Below are positions 39,690-52,544 of a stretch of 64,000 nucleotides of DNA, one piece after another. Within the stretch, counting starts at the first letter, position 1, and the number at the start of each line of letters is the position of its first letter. The notes below the pieces were generated by a model. The model was given only the letters and a program-made list of their open reading frames with translations, made no database searches and was not told the origin of the DNA. The translations under genes were made by a program, and so were the position numbers. The DNA lies in contig NC_043019.1 of assembly GCF_006345805.1 (NCBI RefSeq), forward strand, positions 620,001 through 684,000, given 5' to 3'. The DNA comes from Octopus sinensis. Lineage: Eukaryota.

Positions 39690-39740
39690 TTTGTCAAAAT
39701 ATTTTCGTCGCTTTGTGACTGCGACCTGTTCACTGACAAA
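39690..39740 (-). ncRNA. Minimal type I hammerhead ribozyme with G3-C8 swapped core
   Basis: Minus strand: TTTGTCA GTGAACA G GTCGC AGTCACAAA GCGAC GAA AATATT T TGACAAA; perfect 7-bp helix I, 5-bp helix II, palindromic helix III. Confidence 0.8.
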
Positions 39741-39950
39741 ACATCGTGCTGCATCTGCCAGTTTTCGTGTAAAGGAATATGCACTTTTGTTTTATAAGCC
39801 GAATAGCATTTGAAACAAGATGAAATGGCAGAAAACTTTAGCAAGTGAATGAATACAGTGTCAAACTAATGAAGCTGTATAAACATCAAAAGGTTCGTGA
39901 ATTTCAGTAAGCATTAATTAAGTGTCGAATATTCTTTTTTTTTTTCTAAT

Positions 39951-40488
39951 CTAGGCACAAAGTCCGAAAATTTTACGGAGGGAACAGTCGATTAGATAGA
40001 CCCCAGTACTCAGCTGGTACTTAATTTATCGACCCCGAAATGATGAAAAGTAAAGTCGACCTCGGCGGAATTTGTACTCAAAACGTAAGAAAGACGAAAT
40101 ACTTGTTTCTTTACTACCCACAAGGGGCTAAACACAGAGCGGACAAACAAGGACAGACAAACGGATTAAGTCGATTATATCGGCCCCAGTGCGCAACTGG
40201 TACTTAATTTATCGACCCCGAAATGATGAAAAGCAAAGCCGACCTCGGCGGAATTTGTACTCAAAACATAAAGACAGACGAAATACCTATTTCTTTATTA
40301 CCCACAAGGGGCTAAACACAGAGGGGACAAACAAGGAAAGACATAGGTATTAAGTCGATTACATCGACCCCAGTGCGTAACTGGTACTTAATTTATCGAC
40401 CCCGAAATGATGAAAAGCAAAGTCGATCTCGGCGGAATTTGTACTCAAAACATAGACAGACGAAATACCGCTTAGCATTTCGCCGCCT
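39951..40488 (-). mobile_element. SINE family B trimer
   Basis: Three bodies and one partly deleted head; the last body ends in a different tail. Confidence 0.85.
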
Positions 40489-41069
40489 TAAATGTGTCGA
40501 ATATTAATCAGAAATACCTAAGGAATAGTTAATTATCTATTTGGCTGTTGAAATTACTCAAGAGATGCCATTTAAGTGAGAAACTTTTGCTCACTTAATG
40601 AAATTTAAACATAAAAATTTAGTTTGTAATGTTTAAACTAAAATCAATACAATTTAATGATTGCGTTATATGAATTCAAGTATTGGAAGGCAGGAATTTA
40701 TGTTTCTTAGGAAGCCATACAGATTTAATGGTTATTAAGCAAATGTTTCGCTGGTTGTTTTCGCTGGGTTTCATGATGTAGCTGTCAATATTCCTGGTAG
40801 TATATCTCCATATAAAATATTTATTCGAATCAGTCTCCAAAAACTATAATTGAAGTGTTTTTGTCGTGGCAATTTTTATTGTATAATTCACTGTTGTTTT
40901 GTTATATAATTATTGTTTAGAATCTTATTTGGTTTAACCATTGGAGGCTGGTTTTGTAGGAACAACATCTTGGAAGGCTTTAGTCGACTTCAGTGTTCCC
41001 AGCATTTGTTGTTCAATGTGCTACTTATAAGGATTTTCGTTTATCGCAGAATTATTGATTTCAATGTTT

Positions 41070-41459
41070 GGTAGCAGGCCAGTGAAATTGGGGAAGAGAA
41101 TGAGTCAGTTACATCGACCCCAGTGCTCAACTGGTGCTAATTTTATCGACCCTGAAAGCATGAAAGGCAAAGTCGACCTCGGCGGAATTTGAACTCAGAA
41201 CGTAACGGCAGACGAAATACCTATTTCTATTTCTTTACTACCCACAAGGGGCTAAACACAGAGGGTACAAACAAGGACAGACAAACGGATTAAGTCGATT
41301 ATAACACCCCAGTGTGTAACTGGTACTTATTTAATCGACCCCCGATAGGATGAAATGCAAAGTCGACCTCGGCGGAATTTGAACTCAGAACGTAACGGCA
41401 AATGAAATACCGCTAAGCATTTCGCCCGGCGTGCGAACGATTCTGCCATCTCGCCGCCT
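41070..41459 (-). mobile_element. SINE family B dimer
   Basis: Head-body-tail joined to a second body with a different tail. Confidence 0.85.
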
Positions 41460-42324
41460 TGAGATGCATTATATCTGTTATCCAACACGTAACCCATAGA
41501 ATTTTTTTCTTTTTAAAGAAATGCAGAACGTGATTTGAAGGAGATTTCACCGCTATTTTTATTAAGTCGAACCACATTCGTTGCCTATAAACTTTCGACT
41601 TTTTGGGTGTCAATAAAAGAAGTACATATTGAGAACATGTAATTGACTTCTCCTTACCCTCAAAATTCCTGGCCTTATGAGCACTGGGGCTCATGATGTC
41701 AAATTTTATCGTTTGTTTTGCCAAATTTCTTATCGCTATCAAATTAGGCTACAATTTTTAGTAGGTCTATCTCCTGTGTGGAAACTGCATTGCCATCGGG
41801 AGCTATAAATTTTTGGTATTCATCTCATGTGTGATATCAAATTCCATCAGCCCTGCTTTCGGTATATTTCGTTTCTCTAAATTATTCCCTGCTAAATTGT
41901 TCTCTGCACTAACTTGTTGTTCCCTTCTCAGAAGACTTAGCTGCTATTTCTTCGGTAGATGTGACATTTACTAGTTGATGCCATGCATTATGTCTAATTT
42001 TTCCGTAATTCTTTAGTTTTTTTTATCTCTTATTGCTAAATTGTTCATTACTATCACAGGAGATTTAGCTGCTATTTCAAGTAGGTCTGGAACTGCACTC
42101 AGTATCGGTAACTTTTTCGTGTTAATCGTATGCCTAATGCCAAATATTATCTTTGGTTTTGCTGAATTTTCTATCGCAACTTTGTTTCCAGCTATTACAC
42201 GAGATTGGCCTGCTATTTCTAGTATGTCTCACTTTGTGTAGAAACTGCAATCCCACCGGTAGCTAAAAACTGTTCGTGTTCATTCCATCCATAATGTAAA
42301 ATATGGTCGGTATTAGCTAAATTT

Positions 42325-42555
42325 AAGGCGGAGAGCTGGCAGAATCGTTAGCACGCCGGGCAAAATGCTTAGCCGTATTTTGTCTGCCGTTACGGTCTGA
42401 GTTCAAATTCCGCCGAGGTCGACTTTGCCTTTCATCCTTTCGGTGTCGATTAAATAAGTACCAGTTACGCACTGGGGTTGATATAATCGACTTAATCCGT
42501 TTGTCTGTCCTTATTTGTCCTCTGTGTTTAGCCCCTTGTGGGTAGTAAAGAAATA
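42325..42555 (+). mobile_element. SINE family B with 16-bp TSD
   Basis: GGTATT(A/T)GCTAAATTT at 42309-42324 and 42556-42571. Confidence 0.88.
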
Positions 42556-43434
42556 GGTATTTGCTAAATTTCCTATCACGAAATCGTTCCCTTGTATCTC
42601 AGGAGATTTGGCTGCCATTTCTAGTAGGAATAGCTACCCTGTAGAAACCACACTGCGTTCATTGCATTCATAATATGAAATTTTAATCGTTCTCTTTTCT
42701 AAATTTCTAATCGCTAAATCATTTCCTTGTATCTCACAAGATTTGGCTGTTGTTTCTTGTAAGACTAGCTACCATGCAGAAACCACGCTGCACTCGTTAG
42801 ATAACAATTTTTCTTGTCCATTCATGCATCTTGTCAGATGCTATCGTCGGATTTTGCTAAATTTCTTATCGCTAAATGGTCCCTTTTATCTCAGGAGATT
42901 TAACTGCTATTTCTAGAAGGTTTACCTACCGTGCAAAAATAACACTGTACTCGGTAGTTTTATATTTGTTGCATTCATTCCAAGATGTCAAAAACTATCG
43001 TTGGTTTTTCTTCAATTTCTTATCGGTAAATCATTACCTTCTATCTCAGGAGATTAGGGTATTATTTCTAGTAGGTCTAGTTACCATGTAGAAACCACCC
43101 TGCACTCGTTAGAGTTTTATCGATGGTTTTGTTAAATTTCTTATCAGTAAATGGTTCCCTTTTATCTTGGGACATTTGGCTGTCATTTCTAGTAGACCTA
43201 GCTACCGTGTTTCAACCGCTCTCTCTCGCGTTTCCCCTTCTCTTACCTCTCTCTCTCTCTCTCTCTTCTCTGACTGCCTGATCCTGTCTCTCCACCCTTT
43301 CTCCCCCCTTCCTCTCTTCCTGTCTCCCTTTCTCCTCTCTTCTTCACTCCCACTTTCCCTCTCAACCACCCTGCACCCGTTAGAGTTTTATCGTTGGTTT
43401 TGTTAAATTTCTTATCGGTAAATAGCTCCCTTTG

Positions 43435-43668
43435 AAGGCGGCGAGCTGGCAGAAACGTTAGCACGCCGGGCGAAGTGCGTAGCCGTATTTCGTCTGCCGT
43501 TACGTTCTGAGTTCAAATTCCGCCGAGGTCGACTTTGCCTTTCATCCTTTCCGGGTCGATAAACTGAGCACCAGTTACGCACTGGGGCCGATGTAATTGA
43601 CTTAATCCGTTTGTCTGTCCTTGTTTGTCCCCTCTGTGTTTAGCCCCTTGTGGGTAGTAAAGAAATAT
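43435..43668 (+). mobile_element. SINE family B with 16-bp TSD
   Basis: GTAAATAG(C/T)TCCCTTT at 43418-43433 and 43669-43684. Confidence 0.88.
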
Positions 43669-44334
43669 GTAAATAGTTCCCTTTTATCTTGGGAGATTTG
43701 GCTGTCATTTCTAGTAGACCTAGCTACCGTGTTTCTCCCGCGCTCTCTCACGTTCCTCCTTCTCTTACCTCTTCTCTCTCTCTCTCTTTCCCTCTCTCTC
43801 TCCTCTAACTGCCTGATCCGGTCTCTCCACCCTTTCTCCCTACTTCCTCTCATCCTGTCTCCCTTGCTCCTCTCTTCTGCACTCACCTTCACCCTTCAAC
43901 CACCCTGCACTCATTAGAGCTTTTATCGTTGGTTTTGCTAAATTTCTTATCATTAAACCAATTCCCTGCTATCTCACACCCTCGTTATAACCACAAATGG
44001 TTAAACAGCCATTAATTCAGTTTCATAGATTGATTTCGTGAAGAAGGCTAGCACATTAATATTTCTGTAATTATAATATTAAGTCGCAACCTCTTCAAAC
44101 GTCCAACTATTTCCATATTCAATAATTTTTGCAGTTTTTTTCAGCGATGGATTGAACTTTGATCTGCCATTTTTCTTTCAGGATTAACAAGAAAAAAAAC
44201 CCCAGAAAATTCAATAAAGAATTTCTAATTGAATTTTATTCTTTCATTTCTTTTACCTTCCCCACCCCACCCCACCGCCAAAAAAATTTGTTTGAAATTA
44301 ACTGTTTTGCACGCTTCCTGTTTTCACGTGACTT

Positions 44335-44850
44335 ACACCCCTCTCCCTCTCTCACCTTCTCCCTTTTCTTACCTTCCCTCTCTCTCTCTCTCTCTCCTGT
44401 GACTTGCCTGATCCTCTGCCTTTCCAACTTTTCTCCCCACTTCCTCTCTTCCCGTTTCCCTTTCTCCCCTCTTCCTCACTCTCCCTCTCCCTCTCAACGA
44501 CTCTTCCCTTTCCCCCTCTCCACTCCTCTATCTCCCCTATATCTCTTCCCTGAACCACTCTCTTCTTTACCTCTCTCTCTCTCCTCTTTACCTCTCTCTC
44601 CCCTCTTTACCTCTCTCTCTCACATTCTCCCTTCTCCTACCTTCCCCCTCTCTCTCTCCTGTGATTTGCCGGATCCTCTGTCTCTCCTCCCTTTCTCCCC
44701 ACTTCCTCTCTTCCCGTCTCCCTTTCTCCTCTCTTCCTCATTCTCCCTCTCCCTCTCAACGACTCTTCCCTTTCCCTCTCTCTTCTTTCCATAAATCACT
44801 CCCTCCCGCCTCCTTCTATACGCTCTTTTTCTCCCCCACACTCTCTCTGT
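44335..44850. repeat. Polypyrimidine block with internal ~150-bp duplication, related to 43220-43380 and 43740-43910
   Basis: CCTGTGA.TTGCC.GATCCTCTG...CACTTCCTCTCTTCCCGT...CCCTCTCAACGACTCTTCCCTTTCCC occurs twice. Confidence 0.75.
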
Positions 44851-44920
44851 TTAACCACCGGTCTCTGTCACACATTTTGTAAGCTTCGTTCATTCATAAT
44901 GACTGATTCTTATTATTATT

Positions 44921-45335
44921 GCGCCGAGGTCGACTTTGCCTTTCATGCCTTCGGGGTCGAATAAATAAGTACCAGTTACGCACTGGGGTCGATGTAATCG
45001 ACTTAATCCACTGCCCCCAAGCTTCCCTTGTGGCATTAATTTGAAATCATTATTAATATTGTTTATTATTATTATTACTATTATTATTATTAATATTATT
45101 ATCATTATTATTATTATTATTATTTAAGGTAGCGTTCTGGCAGGATCGTTAACACATCGGACGGAAAGCTTAGCGGCATTTCGTCTACCGCTGAGTTCAG
45201 ATTCAATCGACGTCGAGTTTGCTTTTCAGCATTTCGGGTGTTGATAAATTAAGTACCAGTTCAATACTGGGGTCGATGTAATCGACTTAATCCCTTCCCC
45301 CACATTTGGGACCTTGTGCTTCCAGTAGAATGTAT
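44921..45335 (+). mobile_element. Two older SINE B-related copies in (TTA)n
   Basis: B central domain followed by the alternative tail CCC..CCCC...TTT...CCTTGTG. Confidence 0.7.
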
Positions 45336-45365
45336 TATTATTATCATTATTATTATTATTATTAT

Positions 45366-45525
45366 TCTATGTTTGACTTTTGCTTTATATTTGTACAAGT
45401 TGGCTCCAAGTCTCACTCAGAGACCTCAAGAGACAACAGGTTGGAAGTTCATGTTGTTGTTATGCCTAGTGTGCCATATATTTGGGGGGTGGGAGTTTTT
45501 GGTGTTGTACTAATGAATGTCTAAA
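45366..45525 (-). mobile_element. Probable R4/Dong-type non-LTR element 3' UTR fragment in a (TAA)n tract
   Basis: Minus strand ...CTCTTGAGGTCTCTGAGTGAGACTTGGAGCCAAC...AAACATAG runs directly into (AAT)n; Dong elements are known to target TAA repeats; no coding part is present. Confidence 0.4.
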
Positions 45526-45598
45526 AAAAAATTTTTTTTTAAACCGAAAATTATGTTTGTTTTAAACCTTGAGATTACATAGAAAATTAATATTATTA

Positions 45599-45642
<44 letters not shown>

Positions 45643-45649
45643 GCTTTCA

Positions 45650-46780
45650 TATCCATTCAACAGATTAGACTGTTGGAAAAGAAAAGAATCCTAAAATTGG
45701 GCTACAACAAATAGCCTTAGATGCCAAGAACCCTTCTGTTGGGTTACAGCAAGTAACCTTAGATACCAAAAACCCTCCTAAGTATCCTAGCTCTTCCTAA
45801 TAACACTGTTTTCTGGAGCTGTACTAAACTGGGTTTTATGCCCATTTCCTCTATTCATCTGTTCAGATCGTTAAGGATAGTTCCCAATGCACCTATAACT
45901 ACTGGAATACATTTTACCAGCATTTTCGAGCCCTGGATGAGTGCATGCATGATCGTGTCGTCCTGCGAGCATCTTTGACATACTCGGCTGGCGGCACTTC
46001 ATTTCCAATAAAGTTTATCTCCAACAGGCAAAGCTCCCCTGGCAGGCAAGAGAATTTTGGAGGTTATCCATCTGTCCCGGACCGAAAGTCCTCCGGAAAA
46101 GAGCGGCTAGCTGATCTTATTCAACCCCCAAGGTCACCCCAAGAACACCGACGCATTTTCCCTTCACTAATCCTCTATAAAATGCTAAATTGAACGTTCC
46201 ACGTATCGCACTGTCCGATTGGCTGGGGGCCGTTAGCGCTTGAAGAAACTGCACTTTGCAAATGCTCCCCCTCGCTCTCAGGTTTGCCCTGGACTACAGC
46301 TCCGTTAAAGAAACTAGCTTAGGAAATACGTGTCTGGGGAACAGGGACTACACATATTCATCGTCCAGGAAGCACTAGAGATGTCGTAGCCGCAGCTGAT
46401 ATCTGCGCAACATCAACCACGACATGCTCAGACTACCACGAAGAAGGTGTAGACAGCAGATAGACCGTGTGATCATCGAGACGTGTTCCTTCTACAAGAA
46501 GCGGAAGAGTATACCGTCCAGCGTAAGAAGACGGTGGTCGGGGCAAGGCACGAGGACCAAGTGACAGTAGATATCAGACCTTGCAGTGATAGCTTTCTTT
46601 CAGCCCATTTCTGGTTGAGAGTACTCACGCTGCTCGTTACCTCATCCCAGTTTTTGCCCATCTGGAGGTCGGGACCGAACCAGAACCCGAGCACTTTAAC
46701 CGATCATTCCATCCAGCGCAGAAAGACGTAGTTGGACGGCATGGACTTGCTTCTACAGGTGCCGAGCTGCTAGCCAACTG
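45650..46780 (-). mobile_element. L1/Tx1-clade LINE ORF2 fragment, decayed and internally deleted
   Basis: MLGFWFGPDLQMGKNWDEV...KWAERKLSLQG (RT thumb region) and GALPVGDKL...CQRCSQDDTIMHALIQG (degenerate C-terminal CCHC knuckle). Confidence 0.75.
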
Positions 46781-46871
46781 AGGTGGTGGTGGTGGTGGTG
46801 GGACAAGCAATGGTGGTGGTGGGACAAGCAATGGTGGTGGTGGGGGACAAACACAGACTTACAAATATATA

Positions 46872-47253
46872 TGTGGTAAGCAGCTTGCTTACCGACCACA
46901 TGGTTCAGGGTTCAGTCCCACTACGTGGCACCCTGGGCAAGTGTCTTCTACTATAGCCTCGGGCCGACCAAAGCCTTGTGAGTGGATTTGGTAGACGGAA
47001 ACTGAAAGAAGCCCGTCGTATATATGTATATATATATATGTATGTTTGTGTGTATGTGTTTGTCCTCCCAGCATCGCTTGAAAACCGATGCTGGTGTGTT
47101 TACGTCCCCGTAACTTAGCGGTTCGGGAAGCAAGACCGATATAATAAGTACTAGGTTTACAAAGAATAAGTCCTGGGGTCGATTTGCTCGACTAAAGGTG
47201 GTGCCGCAGCATGGCCACAGTCAAATGACTGAAACAAGTAAAAGAGTAAAAGA

Positions 47254-47329
<76 letters not shown>

Positions 47330-47490
47330 GTATATATATATGCATACGACGCGCTTCAATCAGTTTCCGTCAACCAAATCCACGTACATGATTTTCGTTG
47401 GCTCGAGGCTATAGTAGAAGACACTTGCCCAAGGTGCCACGCAGTGGGACTGAACCCTGAACTATGTGGCTGGAAAGTAAGCCTCTCACC
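46872..47490. mobile_element. SINE family A (plus, 46872-47254) and older minus 5' half (47345-47490)
   Basis: Match to other family A copies. Confidence 0.8.
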
Positions 47491-48384
47491 ACACACACAC
47501 ACATGCATTTATGTACGTACTTATGCTTGTATGCATGTATGTGTTTGTGTGTGTGTTTGTATGTGTATAATAATATAATAATATACGTATATGTCTATAC
47601 AAGTACATATATGCATACATATAAATCTATATGTATAAACATAGATATTGTATGTATATATATATATATATATATTTGTCTATATAAATGTGTATGTTTA
47701 TATATGTACACACATATGCACACACATACACCACACGCGCATTCACATTCACCCATCCCCCACTCACACACACATACACACAGGAAAACAAGCAAATATA
47801 TATACAAAACATTATTTTTCTCCACTAATTTTTTTTTCGCCGATTTTACCTCTTGAATTTTGGCAGGCTGGGCTGTGATACAAGTTGTTTCTTAACTAAG
47901 GTGAGGTGAGGAAAAAACATATAAAACAAACGTAGTAAGAAAAAACGAAAAACGAAAAAACAACATCCGTTTCGTTGATTACTTGTGTGTGAATAATGTT
48001 AACGCCGTCTGTCTTTCCGAGAATTTTTTGAACTTTGTAAATTGCGAATCTGCAAATTGTTGTTGACATTTTCATTTGTAGACAAGGAGAATGTGGTGAA
48101 AATACTATAAAGATTAAGTTACGCAATAAAAAATGTATTCGAAATTTAATCAAATAGTATTTCGTCGCTATAGTTAATTATTTTTCTGATGAAAATCCTA
48201 ATTTTTACAATCATTGGAAATATATAGATCATCAGTGTTCGGATGCACAAACTGTAATTAAATACAGAAGAAAAAGTGATGTTTATAGTCATGTGATTTA
48301 TATAAAGCAACATTTAATTTGATTTTCACATGTAGTACATTCTGAGTTCAAGTCCGTCTTGAATTGGCCATCCTTTCTATCCTT

Positions 48385-48778
48385 CTGGATATGTAAAACT
48401 TAGATAAATATGTTAAATATATAAAATATATAAAATATATAAAATATATAAAAATATGTAAAACTTAGATAAACTTTGTTTCGACCAAAGATTTTCCAGG
48501 TCATGTCTAACTTAATAGCACCACCTGATAGGATAATCTAAATCCTGTTTAAGTCAAGTTTTGTTTATGATCCATTCAAGTAGTGAGTTCTTGTTGGGTG
48601 AGTTGTATCCAATTATGGGTGGCTTATCCGGTATTCCTTGAAGAAATCTATCCAGAATCCGTTTAAAGTTGATTGGATCCTTTTCCTCTTTGATCTCTTT
48701 CGGGTCAATATTAAATAGGACAGGGCCTGTTGAGGAAAAGGAATATGCTGTGATCCTGAAATGGGCAGGGGACGTATG
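48385..48778 (-). mobile_element. Second 3' fragment of the LINE at 7071-7688, with expanded tail repeats
   Basis: Reverse complement matches ~7348-7688 with an internal deletion; AAACTTAGATAAA occurs twice around (AAATATATA)n. Confidence 0.8.
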
Positions 48779-48839
48779 TATTTATCTGTATTCGTACTCA
48801 TTTTATGTGGTTTATGCCTATGTTGAGAATCAATTATTT

Positions 48840-49100
48840 ATGAGCAGCCTGCCTCATAAGGGCCGGTTTCCCGGTTTCCCGGTTTCGTTGGCGTATAGGT
48901 TCCCCACCTGGATGGGACGCCGGTCTGTCGCAAGTGAGCTGCAAGAAACAAGAGGAAAGATTGAGAGAAAGTTGTGGCGAAAGAGTCAGCAGAAGTTCGC
49001 CATTACCTTCTGCCGGAGCCGCGTGGAGCTTAGGTGTTTCGCTCATAAACACACACATCTCCTGGTCTGAGACTCGAATTCGCGAACCCTCGACCGCGAT
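48840..49100 (-). mobile_element. SINE, family-C-related head with a third tail type
   Basis: Minus strand TCGCGGTCGAGGGTTCGCG...CAGACCAGG...TTTATGAGCGAAACACCTAAGCTCCACGCGGCTCCGGCAG resembles family C, then diverges. Confidence 0.65.
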
Positions 49101-49648
49101 TGGGCTTTGAAGAGTTTAGAGCGACCAAACCTATTATTGTACTCATTTGATGCCTGATACTTATTTCATCGAACATCAATTATCGAACCGCTAAAGAAGA
49201 CAGCACCGGTTGTGAATTGGTTAGTGACGAACTTAAATGCACACATATGCACACAAACACACAGACACACACACACACACACACACAGACACACACAGAC
49301 ACACCAACGCACGTGGACACACGGCGATCAGCTGCAGTTTCCCTATCAAGTTTACTCTAATCTTATTGTTCCGCCCGTTGACTCATATTCCCAATATGTG
49401 ATTATTGTGTTTTCATTAATTATTTCCAAAATATTATTTCCTATATTCCTTTATTCCTAAAGAATAGCCTTAATTGCTGTCGCACATTTAATAATAAACA
49501 TATTCAGACTTTTAGTGAAGTGATATTTAAATGTCCATACATCCCATCAGGTTGACGCTGACTGCATTATGTGTATATTACGTGTATATGCTAGGATAAA
49601 CATGGATAGATCAGCGGAGTTATTAAGGCAATACTTTTTTTATCATTA

Positions 49649-50041
49649 TCTTTATATATAAAAGAGAAGTTGTGTGTCTGTCTCCTACGATTTAGATTCC
49701 TAACCACTCCCACAATTTGCGGTGCAGTTTAACCAAAACCGGGTATCTTATAGTCGTGATTCATATCGAGCCCTTCTGGGTATTAGCGCGCGTCTACGTT
49801 GAGTCTACGATTTAAAAAAAAATTACCATTTTTTTCATTTTAATGCATTTTTTTCGCTATTATATAAGGGAAGTAACTCTCTAAAAATGTCTACGATGAG
49901 TCAACGATTTAAACAAAAATTTACCATCATTTTGTTTCCTTTATTAATGCATTTTTTGCTATTTTTTGGCTATAACTCTCTAAAAATGCTTATATAGTTA
50001 TTTCCCTTACAAACCCGAGCAACGCCGGGCGATACTGCTAG
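49649..50041 (+). mobile_element. Non-autonomous Helitron
   Basis: A|TC start, subterminal hairpin CCCG-AGCAACGC-CGGG, CTAG|T end, no TSD; second copy at 54671. Confidence 0.85.
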
Positions 50042-50409
50042 TGATTTATAAAGCTTTTTTGCAGCCTCCGCAATTATGTATAATTCTTAGTCCAATCGAA
50101 GTGTCAGCATGCATATTAATGCAACAATATCAACCGGAGCGCGTTTGTCATAACGAAGACAATCACAGAAAAATGCCGAAACGAACTCGACACGCAAAGA
50201 TCGGTGGTACCCCCCCACCACCAGTCATTCTCGCTAACGCTCAAAAATTTCTTTGGCGCATCGTCTTGGACTATTAATTTAACCAAGACTGGATTTGAAC
50301 ATACAGTGGGAAAATCCAGATTAAATACCACAAGGCATTCTATGCAGTTCTGCAAACTCACCTCATTGAGGTTAATATGCGTAAGATCTCGTCATCAAAT
50401 CAAAGTAGA

Positions 50410-50864
50410 GATTTCAAACTTAAAACCTTCAAAGCCACCCACAGTCGAAGCAATTCTACTATATGGCTCAGAAACCTGGACGTTATCAAAGAAGCTTGAG
50501 AGGCGGTTGGATGGAATTTACACTCACCTCCTTATGAGAGCTCAAAATCTCTCGTGGAAGCGTCATCTAACCAAAGTAGAAATATATGGCAAACTACCAC
50601 CTCCATCGTCTATTATGAAAGGTAGAAGAGTCCAGTTTGCTGGACATTGTTGTAGAGCTGAAAACGAGGTAATTTCTACTCTTCTCTTCTGGAAGCCATC
50701 TGCTCGCGATACCAGAGGGCGCACACTCTCCTACCCTGATGTAATCTCCAGGGATACAGGCATCCCGCAACAGGACCTCCGTAATGCTATGATGGACCAT
50801 GAAGTCTGGCTTAACATAGTAAATTCCATTGTCTCGACGATGGTCGAACAATGATGATGATGAG
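50410..50864 (+). mobile_element. RTE-type LINE 3' end
   Basis: VEAILLYGSETWTLSKKLERRLDG...RRVQFAGHCCR...GR...W; the stop runs directly into a (TGA)n tail. Confidence 0.85.
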
Positions 50865-51806
50865 TTTAATAAATAAACGCTCGATAACTGAATGTAAAAC
50901 AGTCCTTAGCAGTATTTCGTCCGTTTTTTTTACGTTCTGAGTTCCTATTCTGTCGAGGTGGATTTTGTCCTTATTGCTTTCAGGATTTATAAAATGAGTA
51001 ACCAGTTGAGTACTGGAGTCGATGGAAAAAAAGAAGAATGACATTAATCTATAAATATTTTACTTGATTTTGATGCCATACTTGTTCATCCACATATTTG
51101 GATAGTTATAAAGCTAAAGGGGTTTATAAAACTGATATAACTTTCAAGGAGAATGGTGAAGGGGAATTGAAATATTGTAGACAAATTAACATATAAGCTA
51201 TACGGTTACATTGGTCAATACCATTAGCAGAATAAACAGCTGCAACTCCGGAGGGAAAATACTTATATACAGAATGTTAGTTACCGTAATATTTTGTACA
51301 CGTATGAAATGCATTTAACAAACAATCAGTGTGTTGGCATGCAATTTCTAAATATGAGTTGAAAGAGAAGTTGTTTGAATATTTCTTTACATGTGGTTCT
51401 ACTATGAACATCATAACGAATATGTTTTAACAATTAGCAGCATAACCCTCTTAAAGATTAGAAGCTTATAGCTATCGTATAGCTTTGCAAACGAACACAT
51501 TTCCCCTGGAATTTATGAAATCGAATATTTCATTTTACTTTATATATATGAAGTTTTTCATTCCAATTTTGGCTTAAACAGGAATCAAACGATTATTTTA
51601 TAGAGATGGAAATAACGGAATTATCTCGTCTTTGGAATATCGTGCTGTGTACAATCAATATAAATGTAAGTTTACATATTGACGTTTATAGAACGCAAAT
51701 CTAACATTAAAGACTTCTATTGCATATGTGAAATTTAATCTCGTTTTAATTTCATGCCAAGATATCGGTTAGGAATAAATTATAGATGAATTATAAAAGA
51801 AACTAC

Positions 51807-51838
<32 letters not shown>

Positions 51839-51897
51839 CACACACACACACAAACACACAAACACATACACACACACAGATAGACACACACACAGAT

Positions 51898-51936
<39 letters not shown>

Positions 51937-52045
51937 CAAACATATATACATACCAGTATATATATATATATATGTATACATACTTGTATACACACACACA
52001 CACACCCAAACACAGATATATATATACAAATATATATACATACCA

Positions 52046-52098
<53 letters not shown>

Positions 52099-52544
52099 TA
52101 CTTGTATATATACTTGTACACACACATACACACACCATATATAGATATAAGAGTACAGGACGTCACCAACAGTAAACAACATGAAATACAAAAACAAATG
52201 TTTTAAGTACGCAAAAAAAGGACAAGTAACACAACGGACGACCCTTCATCAGTCGTCGGCTGTCTATATACTCTTCGTTTCGAGCATTGAACGATAATAT
52301 TAGTCTTCGAAGAAAGTTGCTCCCATAAACACCCTACATCGGTTTCAAGCGATGGCGGGGAACAAACGAAGACACAGAGTCACAGAGACACATACATATA
52401 CATATATGACAGGCTTCTTTCAGTTTCCCTCTAGCAAATCCACTCACAAAGCTTTTGTCAGCCCGAGGCTATAGTAGAGGACACTCGCCGAATGTGCAAC
52501 ACAGCCATTCCTATACATACATATATATATAAATATATATATAT

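Larger units (their letters stand above)
41520..43980 (+). repeat. Degenerate minisatellite, ~11-12 units of ~120-190 bp
   Basis: Recurring TTTGCTAAATTTCTTATCG.TAAAT...CCC...TATCTCAGGAGATTTGGCTGCTATTTCTAGTAGG...GTAGAAAC near 41540, 41745, 41930, 42058, 42200, 42601, 42738, 42893, 43048, 43169, 43691. Confidence 0.8.

Noticed and set aside
41520-43980. CRISPR-like repeat/spacer appearance
   Set aside because: Units are degenerate, linkers are homologous to each other, spacing is irregular, there are no cas genes, and the context is eukaryotic
46781-46850. 21-bp tandem GGTGGTGGTGGGACAAGCAAT / poly-Pro ORF
   Set aside because: Slippage expansion of a SINE A internal fragment
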